A program made the translations under genes and the position numbers. A DNA stretch of 64,000 bases from Candidatus Chisholmbacteria bacterium (GTDB taxonomy: Bacteria; Patescibacteriota; Microgenomatia; UBA1400; Chisholmbacteraceae), in NCBI GenBank assembly GCA_963704905.1, contig CAVPHZ010000001.1, positions 643,438 through 707,437 of the forward strand, given 5' to 3'. Shown in pieces: positions 10,201-18,785 of the stretch. Every line of letters starts with the position of its first letter. The first letter of the stretch is position 1. The notes below the pieces were generated by a model. The model made no database searches. It worked only from the letters and a program-made list of their open reading frames with translations, and was not told the DNA's origin.

Positions 10201-11186
10201 TTCCGTTGAAAATTACTGATCCAATAGATTCCCTCAGCTTGGACGAGCTTCGTCAATTTGATGCTGTTGTACTTTATGGGTATCGTTACAAGAATCATGG
10301 GAAAGCATGGAAGCTTTTGGATGCATGGGTGAGAGAAGGTGGAAAGTTGTTTATTGAGACTGGGAGTACTGTGCGTGAGACGAATATTCAATCTGATTCG
10401 TATCCTAATGCTGAGTTGCCTTCCGTCTTTCCTTTATCTGAAACAAAGAAAGATACAATTGGTGATGAGTGGAACTTGACTGTCGAGGATGAGGAGGTAT
10501 TTTCTCGAATAGATGAGGAGCTGTTTGGCCCACCCACGATTGATGGAGAGCCTTGGGAATTTTCATTACCCGTGAGTGAGGATTCATTGCGAGAGGATGC
10601 TGAAGTGATTCTGCGTCATCAAAATATTCCACTCCTTCTCAAGCAGACACTTGGAGATGGTGTGGTTTTTTGGAGTGGAATGAATTTGCCATATCATGCC
10701 ATGGTTCATAAAAGTGCAATGGAGGGACTGTTTATTTCTGAGATTTTGGAGCAGTTAGTATCATTGGAATCAACGTCAATTCCCGAAGATTATTCAGTTG
10801 AACGGAAATCGCCCCAGCAAGCAAGTATCACATCAAAACCGGCTCGGGGAGTACTTTTTCGTGAACAAGTGTATTCTTGGAATGCAAAGCTGGACTCTCC
10901 GAACAAACGCGGGAAACTTACCATTTATAAGACAGGACCAACGTTTCACGGGTACAGTTATGTCTTTATACCAGAGGAAGTCGGAGATGATCAGTTCACT
11001 GTTCATTTTACCTACGGGAAGGTTACGAGTGAGTACTTTTATAGTCTCTTGAGTATCATAACTATGATTATTGTCGTCGAGTATTCAATCTTGGATGGGA
11101 GGATGTTTTCGAGAAGAATGACCCCGATTGTTTTGAAAGGAATGAAAAAAGTTTCGAAATGGTGGGAAAAAGAGGATGAGTATTAA
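7245..11186 (+). CDS. Giant GT-C-like polytopic membrane protein (YfhO/STT3-like architecture): N-terminal ~13-TM domain plus ~850-aa extracytoplasmic domain carrying a tandemly duplicated ~210-aa module. The ORF extends to a TTG at 7209; ATG 7245 with an upstream GAGG is preferred.
   Basis: Conserved acidic first-loop motif 'GVDLFN'; 'GGWYRVFW' and 'NIWWNTMFDMPVQRGYIDPP' shared with two paralogs; C-terminal 'FREQVYSWNAKL'. No named family confirmed. Confidence 0.6.
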   Translation: MKNTRKKKVKNTVLNRLFSLALHMPPVAIVIFAWSIVARWYFTHSPALGVDLFNTATYVTYLSKNYVPRLFAWKYIWWSGHPLVGEYPTLHAYLIAPFVHYFGAVTAVQAYMLVQLLLFFLFMYLLFSEISRSRYLSSFLVVLAVFSIGTYGALVWGGSLPYFGTQTFLPLVLFLFVRFLQQKDKRSLVLSGALTGLSLFGHPQIAIVYILPAVFLLLALWSDKAIPFLSKKKIKIFALFSGLAAFVGYFEMYGRTGVSLLLLPLWIVNYMLSFFGSKLPSFVPAQITEGNVSIGVGLSATQLAILKVQHERIYLLFKEIHPAFFVMMGVLLIVALVLILISKSKKQLLRMVPYGILSLYFVFYIWLYSRGISFFHGGWYRVFWSFPLFFGMFISWEWSVVQQAVKRFVSKSPRRSILIFGSVIFIGVTIWVFIQSPRNFFENIDNLDLAYSVQSSAFPAPLNFLFREHQTDQLKEQLVPGWLEANNREFRLYEADAQVNIWWNTMFDMPVQRGYIDPPIGTERRGGYFWLDIAMKADQLVTEFEVPEDIALQNALFLLDWFGIKYIEAGHSSDSFAPLSSYLQSADLFSKEERLWYPDKKRFFSYYLDHEPVPLRAINKPQLLFVGNEPAYRATVEALRTSATNPDFVIIRGPDYIDRLSTKGLQKYDGLILYDYAYRDYSNQDQAYAVVADFLSSGKNVFIETGGGVYESDSLRGQSFASVLAKGRALPSLFPVLATEKDSFGDDWDLTVERKSFLEGVSVDQFAPPLSLSTEGSEDNAPWEVSFADEKAVDRGATVLIRNHGIPVAAEKRFGEGRIIWSGLNLGVHAEQYQNYNERLFLSNMLLSLYDFQSRMQPEYEVDSKAPGHLSVSVHGDANGIFLAQETIEGWAATIEGKDTSLIQSLEFPEPGLFIKLPAKEWKNLDVEFVYQGKQFLQYYELKDEFSSPILHPTNASVIAVVGDDNSYETFFRNLGTNNLNSKKIIPLKITDPIDSLSLDELRQFDAVVLYGYRYKNHGKAWKLLDAWVREGGKLFIETGSTVRETNIQSDSYPNAELPSVFPLSETKKDTIGDEWNLTVEDEEVFSRIDEELFGPPTIDGEPWEFSLPVSEDSLREDAEVILRHQNIPLLLKQTLGDGVVFWSGMNLPYHAMVHKSAMEGLFISEILEQLVSLESTSIPEDYSVERKSPQQASITSKPARGVLFREQVYSWNAKLDSPNKRGKLTIYKTGPTFHGYSYVFIPEEVGDDQFTVHFTYGKVTSEYFYSLLSIITMIIVVEYSILDGRMFSRRMTPIVLKGMKKVSKWWEKEDEY

Positions 11187-11232
11187 ATTCAATGATCAAT
11201 TATCAATGATTAAGGTTCTAACCATTTGAGCA

Positions 11233-14200
11233 ATGAAACATAGGAACAAAGAAGAACAAGTACCATCGGAAAAAGAAATGCGGCAGCATCTTGTAAAGAA
11301 TAGGCTTTTGAGAATTGTTGCGGTGGTGTTTTCATTGACCTTGCATGTTATTGCGGTGTATGTAATGTACAAGGTTTGGCAGCCGATTGCTGAGTGGTAT
11401 CTGTCAACATTTCCGATACGGGGAATTGATTTTTATAATACCGTGACCTATGTGCGGTACCTTCGAGATAATTCTGTGCTTCGATTTACTGGATGGAAAG
11501 ATATTTGGTTTTCAGGAGCACCTCTAGCAAGTGATTATCCCGGGCTTCATTTTTATCTCATGCAACCACTGGTTAAAACCTATGGCTTGATACGATCAGT
11601 TCAGTATTACATGCTTGGGAGCATCTTTCTGTATGGAGTATTTTCATATCTTCTTTTTTGGAGGATTAGCAAGATTCGGGCGTTAGCTTTAGTCTTAGCG
11701 TTGGCGGTTGTTTATTCCGTTTCTCCATATGGGGCACTTGTATGGGGTGGATCATTACCCTTTTTTGCAACCCAGATGTTTTATCCGTTAGCTATTTTCT
11801 TTCTTGTAAGCTATTTACAAACCAAAAACCGGCGGTGGTTTTACTTGTCTGCTTTGACTACCGGAGTGGCTGTTTTTGGCCATCCGATTGTGCCAATGAT
11901 TTACATGTTGCCGACAGCCGCAGTTTTGATCCTATTTTGGATGGATGGGCAAACGCGACTGTTTAGTCTTAAGAAACTGAAGGATATAACGATCTATGTG
12001 ACCCTTGTGTTTGCAGTAAGTTTTATTGAAATTCGCTATCTTTTAGGTGATGTTGTACGTTTTACATTCGGACGTTTTGCTTCAATATTTCAAATTCTTC
12101 TAGGTGACCTGGGAATGAATCCATATAATACGGAGCTTAATGTTGCTGCTGAAGGTTCTACGGCTGAGGCAGAGTTTGCACGAAATCAGCTTTACTCTAT
12201 CATCTCACAAACGAATTTTACGATATTTGCATTCGGTTCGGTTTTTGCTCTTTTGTTTGTAGTTACGATTATTTTACGGAAGAAAAAGGTTCGATTATTT
12301 TGGATTCTCCCGGGTTTTGTTCTAGCTGCGTATCTCGTGGGTTATATCAGTCTCTATGCATTTGGAATCCCATTCTTCCACGGAGGTTGGTATCGTACAT
12401 TTTGGGCCGTACCAGTAGTATTTTCGTTATTTGTTGCCTGGATGGGTGGTGGGGTAAGAGAGGCGATTAGTGAACGTTTTGGTGTCCTTGCGAAAAAGAA
12501 GGGAATCATTGGTATCTTGTCCGTGGTGCTGGTAAATATTGTAATTCTTGTGGCTGGCGTGTATGCACTTCAGATTTTTTCAACATCAACATTTGAGGAT
12601 ATTGACTCTCGAGGTATTGCATCAAGCGCTTTTCCTGACCGCTTAAATATTCTTACCTCTGATGAAGAGCTTGAGGAGATGAAAGACATTCTCCTCCCAT
12701 CATGGATTGATCCGAATGATCGAAACGTGCGTCTTTACACCATTGACGCTACTGTCAACATTTGGTGGAACTCGCTCTATGATATGCCTCTTGCAAGGGG
12801 ATACATTGATCCCCCGCTTAATACTGCTGAGCGCTGGGGATTATTTTGGCTGGACTCGGTGATGAGTCCTGGTTCGGAAAGCCATCGTAGCAGTCTAGAG
12901 GTCGATTGGGAAGTTCCGGAAGGTGTTGTTAAGAACAACACGAAATTCTTATTTGACTGGTATGCAGTTCGGTATTTAGAAGGCAATCATTCAAGTACTG
13001 GAAATTCGGCATTTGCAGAGCATGTAACGAGCGATGAATTTGTTAATAAACGGGACTCGGCGACATCGTCTGGGTATCTAAAGCGGTATGAAACGTACAG
13101 TGGAAAGGAAGAGTGGGATGAGAAGGGGAGGCAAACACTCAATTACTATCGTGTTAAGAAGAGCTTAACTTCGCCAATTGCTTCTGCAAGCCGGGTTCCA
13201 GCAGTGCTTTTGATCGGATCAGAGGTTGCGTATGACACCTTGATGCGTGTGTTGGGCATGGAAAACCTTAATTCTCAGAAAATGATTCTGGTTAAAGGAC
13301 CCCAAAACATTGATGATGTTGAGCTTTCAGATCTTACCGGTTTTGATGGGGTGATTCTTTATGAGTATGACTATCGAAAGCACAGCAAAGCATGGGCTGC
13401 GATAGATGGATTCGTAAAAAATGGTGGGAGCGTATTTGTTGATACTGGTGCAGAGGTGAAGGAGTCAGACTCCGTTAATCTTCCTGACCGATTTCCAACT
13501 CAATTGCCTGGAATATTTCCACTATTGCGCACGAAACGTGAGGATTTGGGTCGTGATTGGCAGATTGAGGCAAATGAAAGTGAATTAACGAAGGGTGTTG
13601 ATTTTAATGAGTTTTCTCCGCTGGATTTCGATGGTGAACCGTGGAATATTTCTCACCCTCTAGAAAGTGGAGATATTGCAGATGGAGCAGAGGTAATTTT
13701 ACGGCATCGGAGCATTCCAGTAGTGGTGAAGAGTAGTGAATTGGGTGGTGAAGTAATTTGGAGTGGATTTAATCTTCCATATCATATTATTCGCGACTAT
13801 AACGAACAAGAAGCGCAGTTCTTCAGAAATATTCTTTTTGATCTTTTTGGTGTGAATAAACAACTTGTTCGTCCTGATGCGGAGGTTGATTGGATATCAC
13901 CTCAGGAAGTTGTAGTAAAGACGAACGGAGCAAAGGCTGTGCTGTTTAAAGAACAAGCATTTCCTGGATGGACAGCCCGGGTACAGTCGGGCGGGAAGAC
14001 ACAGAATGCAACAATCCATTTGGTTGGGCCGACATCCCCGGGGTTTATGTACGTACGTGTTCCTGAGACTGGTGAGGCAGAGGTTCGATTTAGCTATCAT
14101 GGGGATCCAAGCGTTAAGCGAATCATGATAGTGAGCGCAGTGATTGTTTTGTATCTTCTGGATGCAATTGTGTTTAATGGTGGGGTGCTAACTCGGGCAA

Positions 14201-14271
14201 CGCTGGCTGTTAAAGCGGTTATCAGAAGAATTCTTCGTCGTTGGTGGCAGAAGGATGATGATTATGAGTAA
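11233..14271 (+). CDS. Giant GT-C-like polytopic membrane protein, paralog of 7245..11186 with a single extracytoplasmic module
   Basis: Same motifs: 'GIDFYN', 'GGWYRTFWAVP', 'NIWWNSLYDMPLARGYIDPP', 'FDGVILYEYDYRKHSKAWAAIDGFVKNGG', 'FKEQAFPGWTARVQSGG'. Overlaps the convergent GT4 gene by 10 nt. Confidence 0.6.
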   Translation: MKHRNKEEQVPSEKEMRQHLVKNRLLRIVAVVFSLTLHVIAVYVMYKVWQPIAEWYLSTFPIRGIDFYNTVTYVRYLRDNSVLRFTGWKDIWFSGAPLASDYPGLHFYLMQPLVKTYGLIRSVQYYMLGSIFLYGVFSYLLFWRISKIRALALVLALAVVYSVSPYGALVWGGSLPFFATQMFYPLAIFFLVSYLQTKNRRWFYLSALTTGVAVFGHPIVPMIYMLPTAAVLILFWMDGQTRLFSLKKLKDITIYVTLVFAVSFIEIRYLLGDVVRFTFGRFASIFQILLGDLGMNPYNTELNVAAEGSTAEAEFARNQLYSIISQTNFTIFAFGSVFALLFVVTIILRKKKVRLFWILPGFVLAAYLVGYISLYAFGIPFFHGGWYRTFWAVPVVFSLFVAWMGGGVREAISERFGVLAKKKGIIGILSVVLVNIVILVAGVYALQIFSTSTFEDIDSRGIASSAFPDRLNILTSDEELEEMKDILLPSWIDPNDRNVRLYTIDATVNIWWNSLYDMPLARGYIDPPLNTAERWGLFWLDSVMSPGSESHRSSLEVDWEVPEGVVKNNTKFLFDWYAVRYLEGNHSSTGNSAFAEHVTSDEFVNKRDSATSSGYLKRYETYSGKEEWDEKGRQTLNYYRVKKSLTSPIASASRVPAVLLIGSEVAYDTLMRVLGMENLNSQKMILVKGPQNIDDVELSDLTGFDGVILYEYDYRKHSKAWAAIDGFVKNGGSVFVDTGAEVKESDSVNLPDRFPTQLPGIFPLLRTKREDLGRDWQIEANESELTKGVDFNEFSPLDFDGEPWNISHPLESGDIADGAEVILRHRSIPVVVKSSELGGEVIWSGFNLPYHIIRDYNEQEAQFFRNILFDLFGVNKQLVRPDAEVDWISPQEVVVKTNGAKAVLFKEQAFPGWTARVQSGGKTQNATIHLVGPTSPGFMYVRVPETGEAEVRFSYHGDPSVKRIMIVSAVIVLYLLDAIVFNGGVLTRATLAVKAVIRRILRRWWQKDDDYE

Positions 14272-15431
14272 TTCTGTCGCAATAGATTTCTGAATTTGTT
14301 TCCAATTTTATTTATGTCAAACTCTTCCGCTTGAGATTGTGCTTGGATAGCGAGTTTCTTTCTTGACTTATTATCTTTTAAATATCTTGAAATTTGGCGA
14401 GAAAACTCTGTGGTGTTTTTTAATGGGACTGTGACGAATCCTTTTTTGAAGACTGAACCGAAGATGGGGTTTTGGTAGGCAACGATTGGTAGGCCGCAAG
14501 CCATAGCTTCGGCGGTGGCGAGGCTGAAACCAGCTTCGAGATCGGTCATGAGGAATAGTTTGGAGGACTTTAGAATATCATAGAGCTTAGTTTCTGAAAC
14601 AAAGCCTAGAATATCGATATTCTTCTCTAGCTTTTTTTCCTTTATCAATGATTTAAACTTTTCCTTTGTCTGTGTTCGAGCTTCGCCAATAACTGCTAAC
14701 TTGGCTCTCGAATATTTTTCTATTACTCGTTTCCAGATTTCTGGAAGATCGAAAACTCCTTTAGCAAAGTGAAGTCTGCCAAGAAAAACCGCATCGTAAT
14801 CGTAGTACTTTTTAACTTTATGACTTTTGATTTTCTTAAGATTGATACCTGCTCCGATGGTTTTTACCTTTCTTGTATCAAAATTCATTTTTAGCAGTGT
14901 TTGATTTAGTGGTTCATTAAGAGCAATGACCGCATCGGCCTTTCTTTTAATCATATCTAGGCTAAGTTGTTGAAGAATGTAGGCAGCGGTGTTTGAAAAC
15001 AGATTGCCTGCACGTCTATGGGGGAGTGGAGAGAGATGATGTATACGTACAATCCACTTGATGGATGGATGGTTCATTTTAAACAAGAACGCTGGAAGGA
15101 TGTCAGTAATAATGTTGTTGGTGCTGAGAATTAGGTCGGTTTGAAAACCTTTTAGGGTATCAGATGCTTTTGTCATTCGATAGATGTAAGAAATGAAGTA
15201 TGAAAAGTTGTCGTGTAATACAAGTGGATCGGGTGAGAGCTCAAGAAGTTTTATAGAATTCGTTTTTTTTATCTTTTTCCAGTGGTTTGCAGCGATATTT
15301 GGTATGAGGACAGTGATGTTATAGTCTTTTGTCATGAAGGGTATGAGTTGGCGGAGTAGCGTGTCACCACCACTAACCGCATCTGCTGATAAGTGTCCTA
15401 ACTCCAGGGCTAAGAGGTCTTTCTTTTTCAT
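14262..15431 (-). CDS. GT4-family glycosyltransferase
   Basis: C-terminal 'GFSLATAEAMACGLPIVAY' GT-B nucleotide-sugar binding motif; N-terminal GT-B like. Confidence 0.7.
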   Translation of the reverse strand: MKKKDLLALELGHLSADAVSGGDTLLRQLIPFMTKDYNITVLIPNIAANHWKKIKKTNSIKLLELSPDPLVLHDNFSYFISYIYRMTKASDTLKGFQTDLILSTNNIITDILPAFLFKMNHPSIKWIVRIHHLSPLPHRRAGNLFSNTAAYILQQLSLDMIKRKADAVIALNEPLNQTLLKMNFDTRKVKTIGAGINLKKIKSHKVKKYYDYDAVFLGRLHFAKGVFDLPEIWKRVIEKYSRAKLAVIGEARTQTKEKFKSLIKEKKLEKNIDILGFVSETKLYDILKSSKLFLMTDLEAGFSLATAEAMACGLPIVAYQNPIFGSVFKKGFVTVPLKNTTEFSRQISRYLKDNKSRKKLAIQAQSQAEEFDINKIGNKFRNLLRQNYS

Positions 15432-16576
15432 GAACTGGTGTTGATAATTTTTAACAATCCGGTCGTGTGGTGTTTCCAGGTGTAGTTTTGCTTCACCTTT
15501 TTCCAGGCTGAATGGCCCATTTTCCAGGCAAGACGTTCGTTGTTTATAAGTTTAGTTATGAATGGAAGATAGTCTTCAAGGGATGGGTTTTTTGGGAAAA
15601 AACCATGTAGCCCATGCTCAAAGAGTGATGCAACCCCGGAATCTTGCGGCATGATGATGGGGGCGCCGTGACTTGCAGCTTCTATGCCTCCCATTCCAAA
15701 CGCTTCACTGTTCGGATGAATCCAGACTCTGGCTTGCTTGAAGAGTTTTTTTAGTTGTTTGGTATCAAACTTTTCGATCACTGTGAGTCTTTTACTGACT
15801 CCAAGATGGTTGGCTTGTTGTTTAAACTTGAAGAGGTCGTTAAGGTTTGACCAATTTCCGGCAATGGTTAGTTTTGCTTTGGGTAGTGCTTTGAGTATTT
15901 GAAGCAGGAGTTGGGGGGTTTTTTCTTTTTGCCAACGGCTGATAGCTAGGAGTTGATTACCTCGACGGTTTGGTATATTTTTCAATGGTTTTCCAGCCAA
16001 GGGAAGAATGTGTGGTTTTTGACCATAAGTTTTTTTTATTCTGTTAGCGTGGAAAGTGGAATCGATAACTATTTGTTGGGCGGTTGTTCCAATTTGTTTT
16101 TCAAAGAAATGAGCCAGCGGAAAGAGTATTGGAAAGAGATTGGATAGGGGAGTTTTGACATATGCTTTGGTGAGAATGTATGGAATGGGATCATGGATGA
16201 CGGCAATATAGGGTATGTTTCTCTTTTTTAGTATTGCTTGAGCGGTGAAGCAAGTTGAAGTGCCGTGAGAAAGGATTATATCGAATTCTTTTTTTTTGAT
16301 TAAGCGGGTTGCAAAAAATGGGGTGATGAGGTGAGCTGTGGAGAAGAAGGAGAAAAAGGGAAAACTGTTGGGAGTTTTTAGTGGATCTGGAAGTTTGTCG
16401 GATAAGAAAGTATGTGAAGTCGCTTTTACTAAACTTAGATGATGGCGGCTTTTTTTTCGAGTTAAGATAAGGAGTTGGGCTGAATGACCAAGTTTGTTGA
16501 GTTCTTTGGTTTGTTCAATAGCAGTAAGTTGGACACCGCCTGGTATCAAATAATCTATGAGAATTCCTATCTTCAT
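15428..16576 (-). CDS. GT4-family glycosyltransferase (start taken at MKIGILID; ORF extends to 16603)
   Basis: 'EAFGMGGIEAASHGAPIIMPQDSG' GT4 motif; 4-nt overlap with the downstream GT4. Confidence 0.7.
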   Translation of the reverse strand: MKIGILIDYLIPGGVQLTAIEQTKELNKLGHSAQLLILTRKKSRHHLSLVKATSHTFLSDKLPDPLKTPNSFPFFSFFSTAHLITPFFATRLIKKKEFDIILSHGTSTCFTAQAILKKRNIPYIAVIHDPIPYILTKAYVKTPLSNLFPILFPLAHFFEKQIGTTAQQIVIDSTFHANRIKKTYGQKPHILPLAGKPLKNIPNRRGNQLLAISRWQKEKTPQLLLQILKALPKAKLTIAGNWSNLNDLFKFKQQANHLGVSKRLTVIEKFDTKQLKKLFKQARVWIHPNSEAFGMGGIEAASHGAPIIMPQDSGVASLFEHGLHGFFPKNPSLEDYLPFITKLINNERLAWKMGHSAWKKVKQNYTWKHHTTGLLKIINTSS

Positions 16577-16578
16577 GG

Positions 16579-17274
16579 TTACCCTTTTTTTGCTGCGATC
16601 CAAAAGCTGTCACGAAAAGTGGAGAGTGGGGAGGAGATCATTATCCAAGTTAGCAGATATTGTATAGAGTGAGGCAGATTTCTGGCTGGAAGCGGGAGGT
16701 GCCAGTCAAAGGTGACTGTCTGGTCAATTTTGAACTTCAGCTTGAAATCTGTGAATCCATTTTTTTTGAGGAGTATGGCGAGCGTGCTGGGTGTGTAATA
16801 GAAGATGTGAGTAGGGTCTTTGTACGCGAACCAGTTTTTACCAAGAAGATAGCGTAGCGGACTGCTCCAATTGGGTGTGATCAGAAATATCCAGCCATCG
16901 TTTTTTAACACACGGTTTGCTTCACTTATGAATAGTTTACCTTGCGGTTCATTCAGGTGCTCTATGACTGAGATTGACGTGATAAGTTCAAATGAATTTT
17001 TTGGATAGGTAAGTCTGGTAGCGGAGCACTTTTTTATAAGTCCTTTTTTGTTTAATTTCGTTGCAGTCTTTACTGCCTCATCCTCAATGTCGCAACCGCT
17101 TGCATCAAATCCATGGCTGTTGAGGAAAGAAACTAATCTTCCCGTACCGCAGCCGACATCTAAAATCCTGCTTAGCTTATGTTCTTGAGCAAAGATACGG
17201 ATAGAATTGGCGATATGAAGGTCAAGATGATCGCGATCGTCGAAATACTTATTGTCGTAATGAGCGTCAGACAT
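16579..17274 (-). CDS. Class I SAM-dependent methyltransferase
   Basis: Motif I 'ILDVGCGTGRL', 'SGCDIEDEAV', 'FELITSISVIEHL'. Confidence 0.7.
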   Translation of the reverse strand: MSDAHYDNKYFDDRDHLDLHIANSIRIFAQEHKLSRILDVGCGTGRLVSFLNSHGFDASGCDIEDEAVKTATKLNKKGLIKKCSATRLTYPKNSFELITSISVIEHLNEPQGKLFISEANRVLKNDGWIFLITPNWSSPLRYLLGKNWFAYKDPTHIFYYTPSTLAILLKKNGFTDFKLKFKIDQTVTFDWHLPLPARNLPHSIQYLLTWIMISSPLSTFRDSFWIAAKKG

Positions 17275-17291
17275 TTGGTTGAGTATACCTG

Positions 17292-18785
17292 CTAGTTTTT
17301 CTCCAATTCAAACTCGTAGATTTCGATGTTGTCATGTATTGATGATGAGACAAGTCTGGAGCGATGCGATAATTCACTAACAGTTGATTGTACATCTTGC
17401 GGTGGGCTTAGGAATGTAATACCAACAAACCAGATTCGATTGTATTTTTTTTCGAGATCTTCTATCGGAACAGCTTGTCCTCCAATTTCTTTAAGTGTAT
17501 TTTGACTCAGTCCTGACTTAAAAATTAGAAACTCGTTCTGGTTATCATTGTGGTAGTAGCGGAATGGGAAATAGGAGTAAATGCTTGCATGGGCGATGAC
17601 ATCACCTTCTTTGTAATCAATGAATGGTTTTTGACTGACTATTTTGATTGGATTTCCCTGAAAAATTGGATTCGTTTTCATGAAGATTAGAATAATGATG
17701 TTTAGAGTAATTATTACTCCGAGAATCAATTTCTGGGTTTTTCTTTCAATAAACTTTGTGATGATCAGTGAGATGGTTAGGAAGTAAAAGGGAGAGAAGA
17801 TAGAAAACGAATTTAATGAGTAAATAGGGTAAATGAAGGAGATAAATGTGGCTACGCCAATTGGAAACAGGATAAAGCTTGCTGGCAGAAGAATATTTGT
17901 ATCTTTTCTTTTTTTTGATCCATTTTTGTTGTTGTAGATTGCACTGACTATTCCATAGGCAAAGATTGCAAGGAGCCATAGGGAAAGGATTATTCCTACG
18001 ACTTTTATGTACAGATATGGGCTGTCGAGTAATATGATTTTTAAATTATTTGGCGCAAGGCCTCCCATGCCGTAGGATGCAAATGTGGCTGGGATGATTT
18101 TTGTGAACTCATAGCGCCAAGGTTGAGGGTGATTGTTTATGCGGAATACCATCATCCAGGGGAGGTAGAGAAACAATATAGCACCTTGAAGATACATCCA
18201 TTTCAGGAGTTTTTTTCTTTGACCACTATATTGATAAAAATAAATGAGACTCGCGAGTAGCCAGCTAAAGACAAAGTAGTAGTGGGTGTAGAGCCCGATA
18301 AGCATTGCGATGCTCCAGCCAAATCTCCATTTTCGGTTATCTGTTCTGAGGACTTTAATGAAAAAGAAAAACATAGCGAGATTGAGGAGTATTGCGAGTG
18401 CGTACATTCTGGTTTCTTGGGAGTAGAAGACGTGAAGCGGCGCTGTAGCGAGAAGGGTGGTAGCTATGACTCCTACTTTATGAGAGTGAAGTGTTTTTCC
18501 TGTGAGATACATTACTGGAAGTGCAAGTACTCCGAATATTACAGAGAGTGATCTTAGTGCAATTTCTGAGATTCCAAATATCTGCCAATAGTGCAGAAGG
18601 ATGTAATAGAGAGGCGGGTGATTGTCCGCAGCTGTTGCTCGGATGAGACCAGGGATGTCTCGGTTTGAGACAAAAAAGCTAAACGCTTCGTCAAACCAAA
18701 TGCTTCTTACCGAAAGTGAGGTTGCTCTTATAGCAAAGCCAATTGCGGTGATGGTAATAACGGTAATAATGGTTTTATTTTTCAT
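17292..18785 (-). CDS. GT-C glycosyltransferase of the ArnT/PMT type (GT39/GT83-like)
   Basis: About 12 TM helices; first-loop 'SIWFDEAFSF' (DE motif) and 'ADNHPPLYYILLHYW' characteristic of the ArnT/PMT_2 family. Confidence 0.65.
   Translation of the reverse strand: MKNKTIITVITITAIGFAIRATSLSVRSIWFDEAFSFFVSNRDIPGLIRATAADNHPPLYYILLHYWQIFGISEIALRSLSVIFGVLALPVMYLTGKTLHSHKVGVIATTLLATAPLHVFYSQETRMYALAILLNLAMFFFFIKVLRTDNRKWRFGWSIAMLIGLYTHYYFVFSWLLASLIYFYQYSGQRKKLLKWMYLQGAILFLYLPWMMVFRINNHPQPWRYEFTKIIPATFASYGMGGLAPNNLKIILLDSPYLYIKVVGIILSLWLLAIFAYGIVSAIYNNKNGSKKRKDTNILLPASFILFPIGVATFISFIYPIYSLNSFSIFSPFYFLTISLIITKFIERKTQKLILGVIITLNIIILIFMKTNPIFQGNPIKIVSQKPFIDYKEGDVIAHASIYSYFPFRYYHNDNQNEFLIFKSGLSQNTLKEIGGQAVPIEDLEKKYNRIWFVGITFLSPPQDVQSTVSELSHRSRLVSSSIHDNIEIYEFELEKN

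Noticed and set aside
8251-10632. Numerous 60-90-aa ORFs on both strands inside the 7245..11186 gene
   Set aside because: Embedded in a continuous 1300-aa frame with conserved paralog motifs; AT-rich sequence generates spurious short frames.
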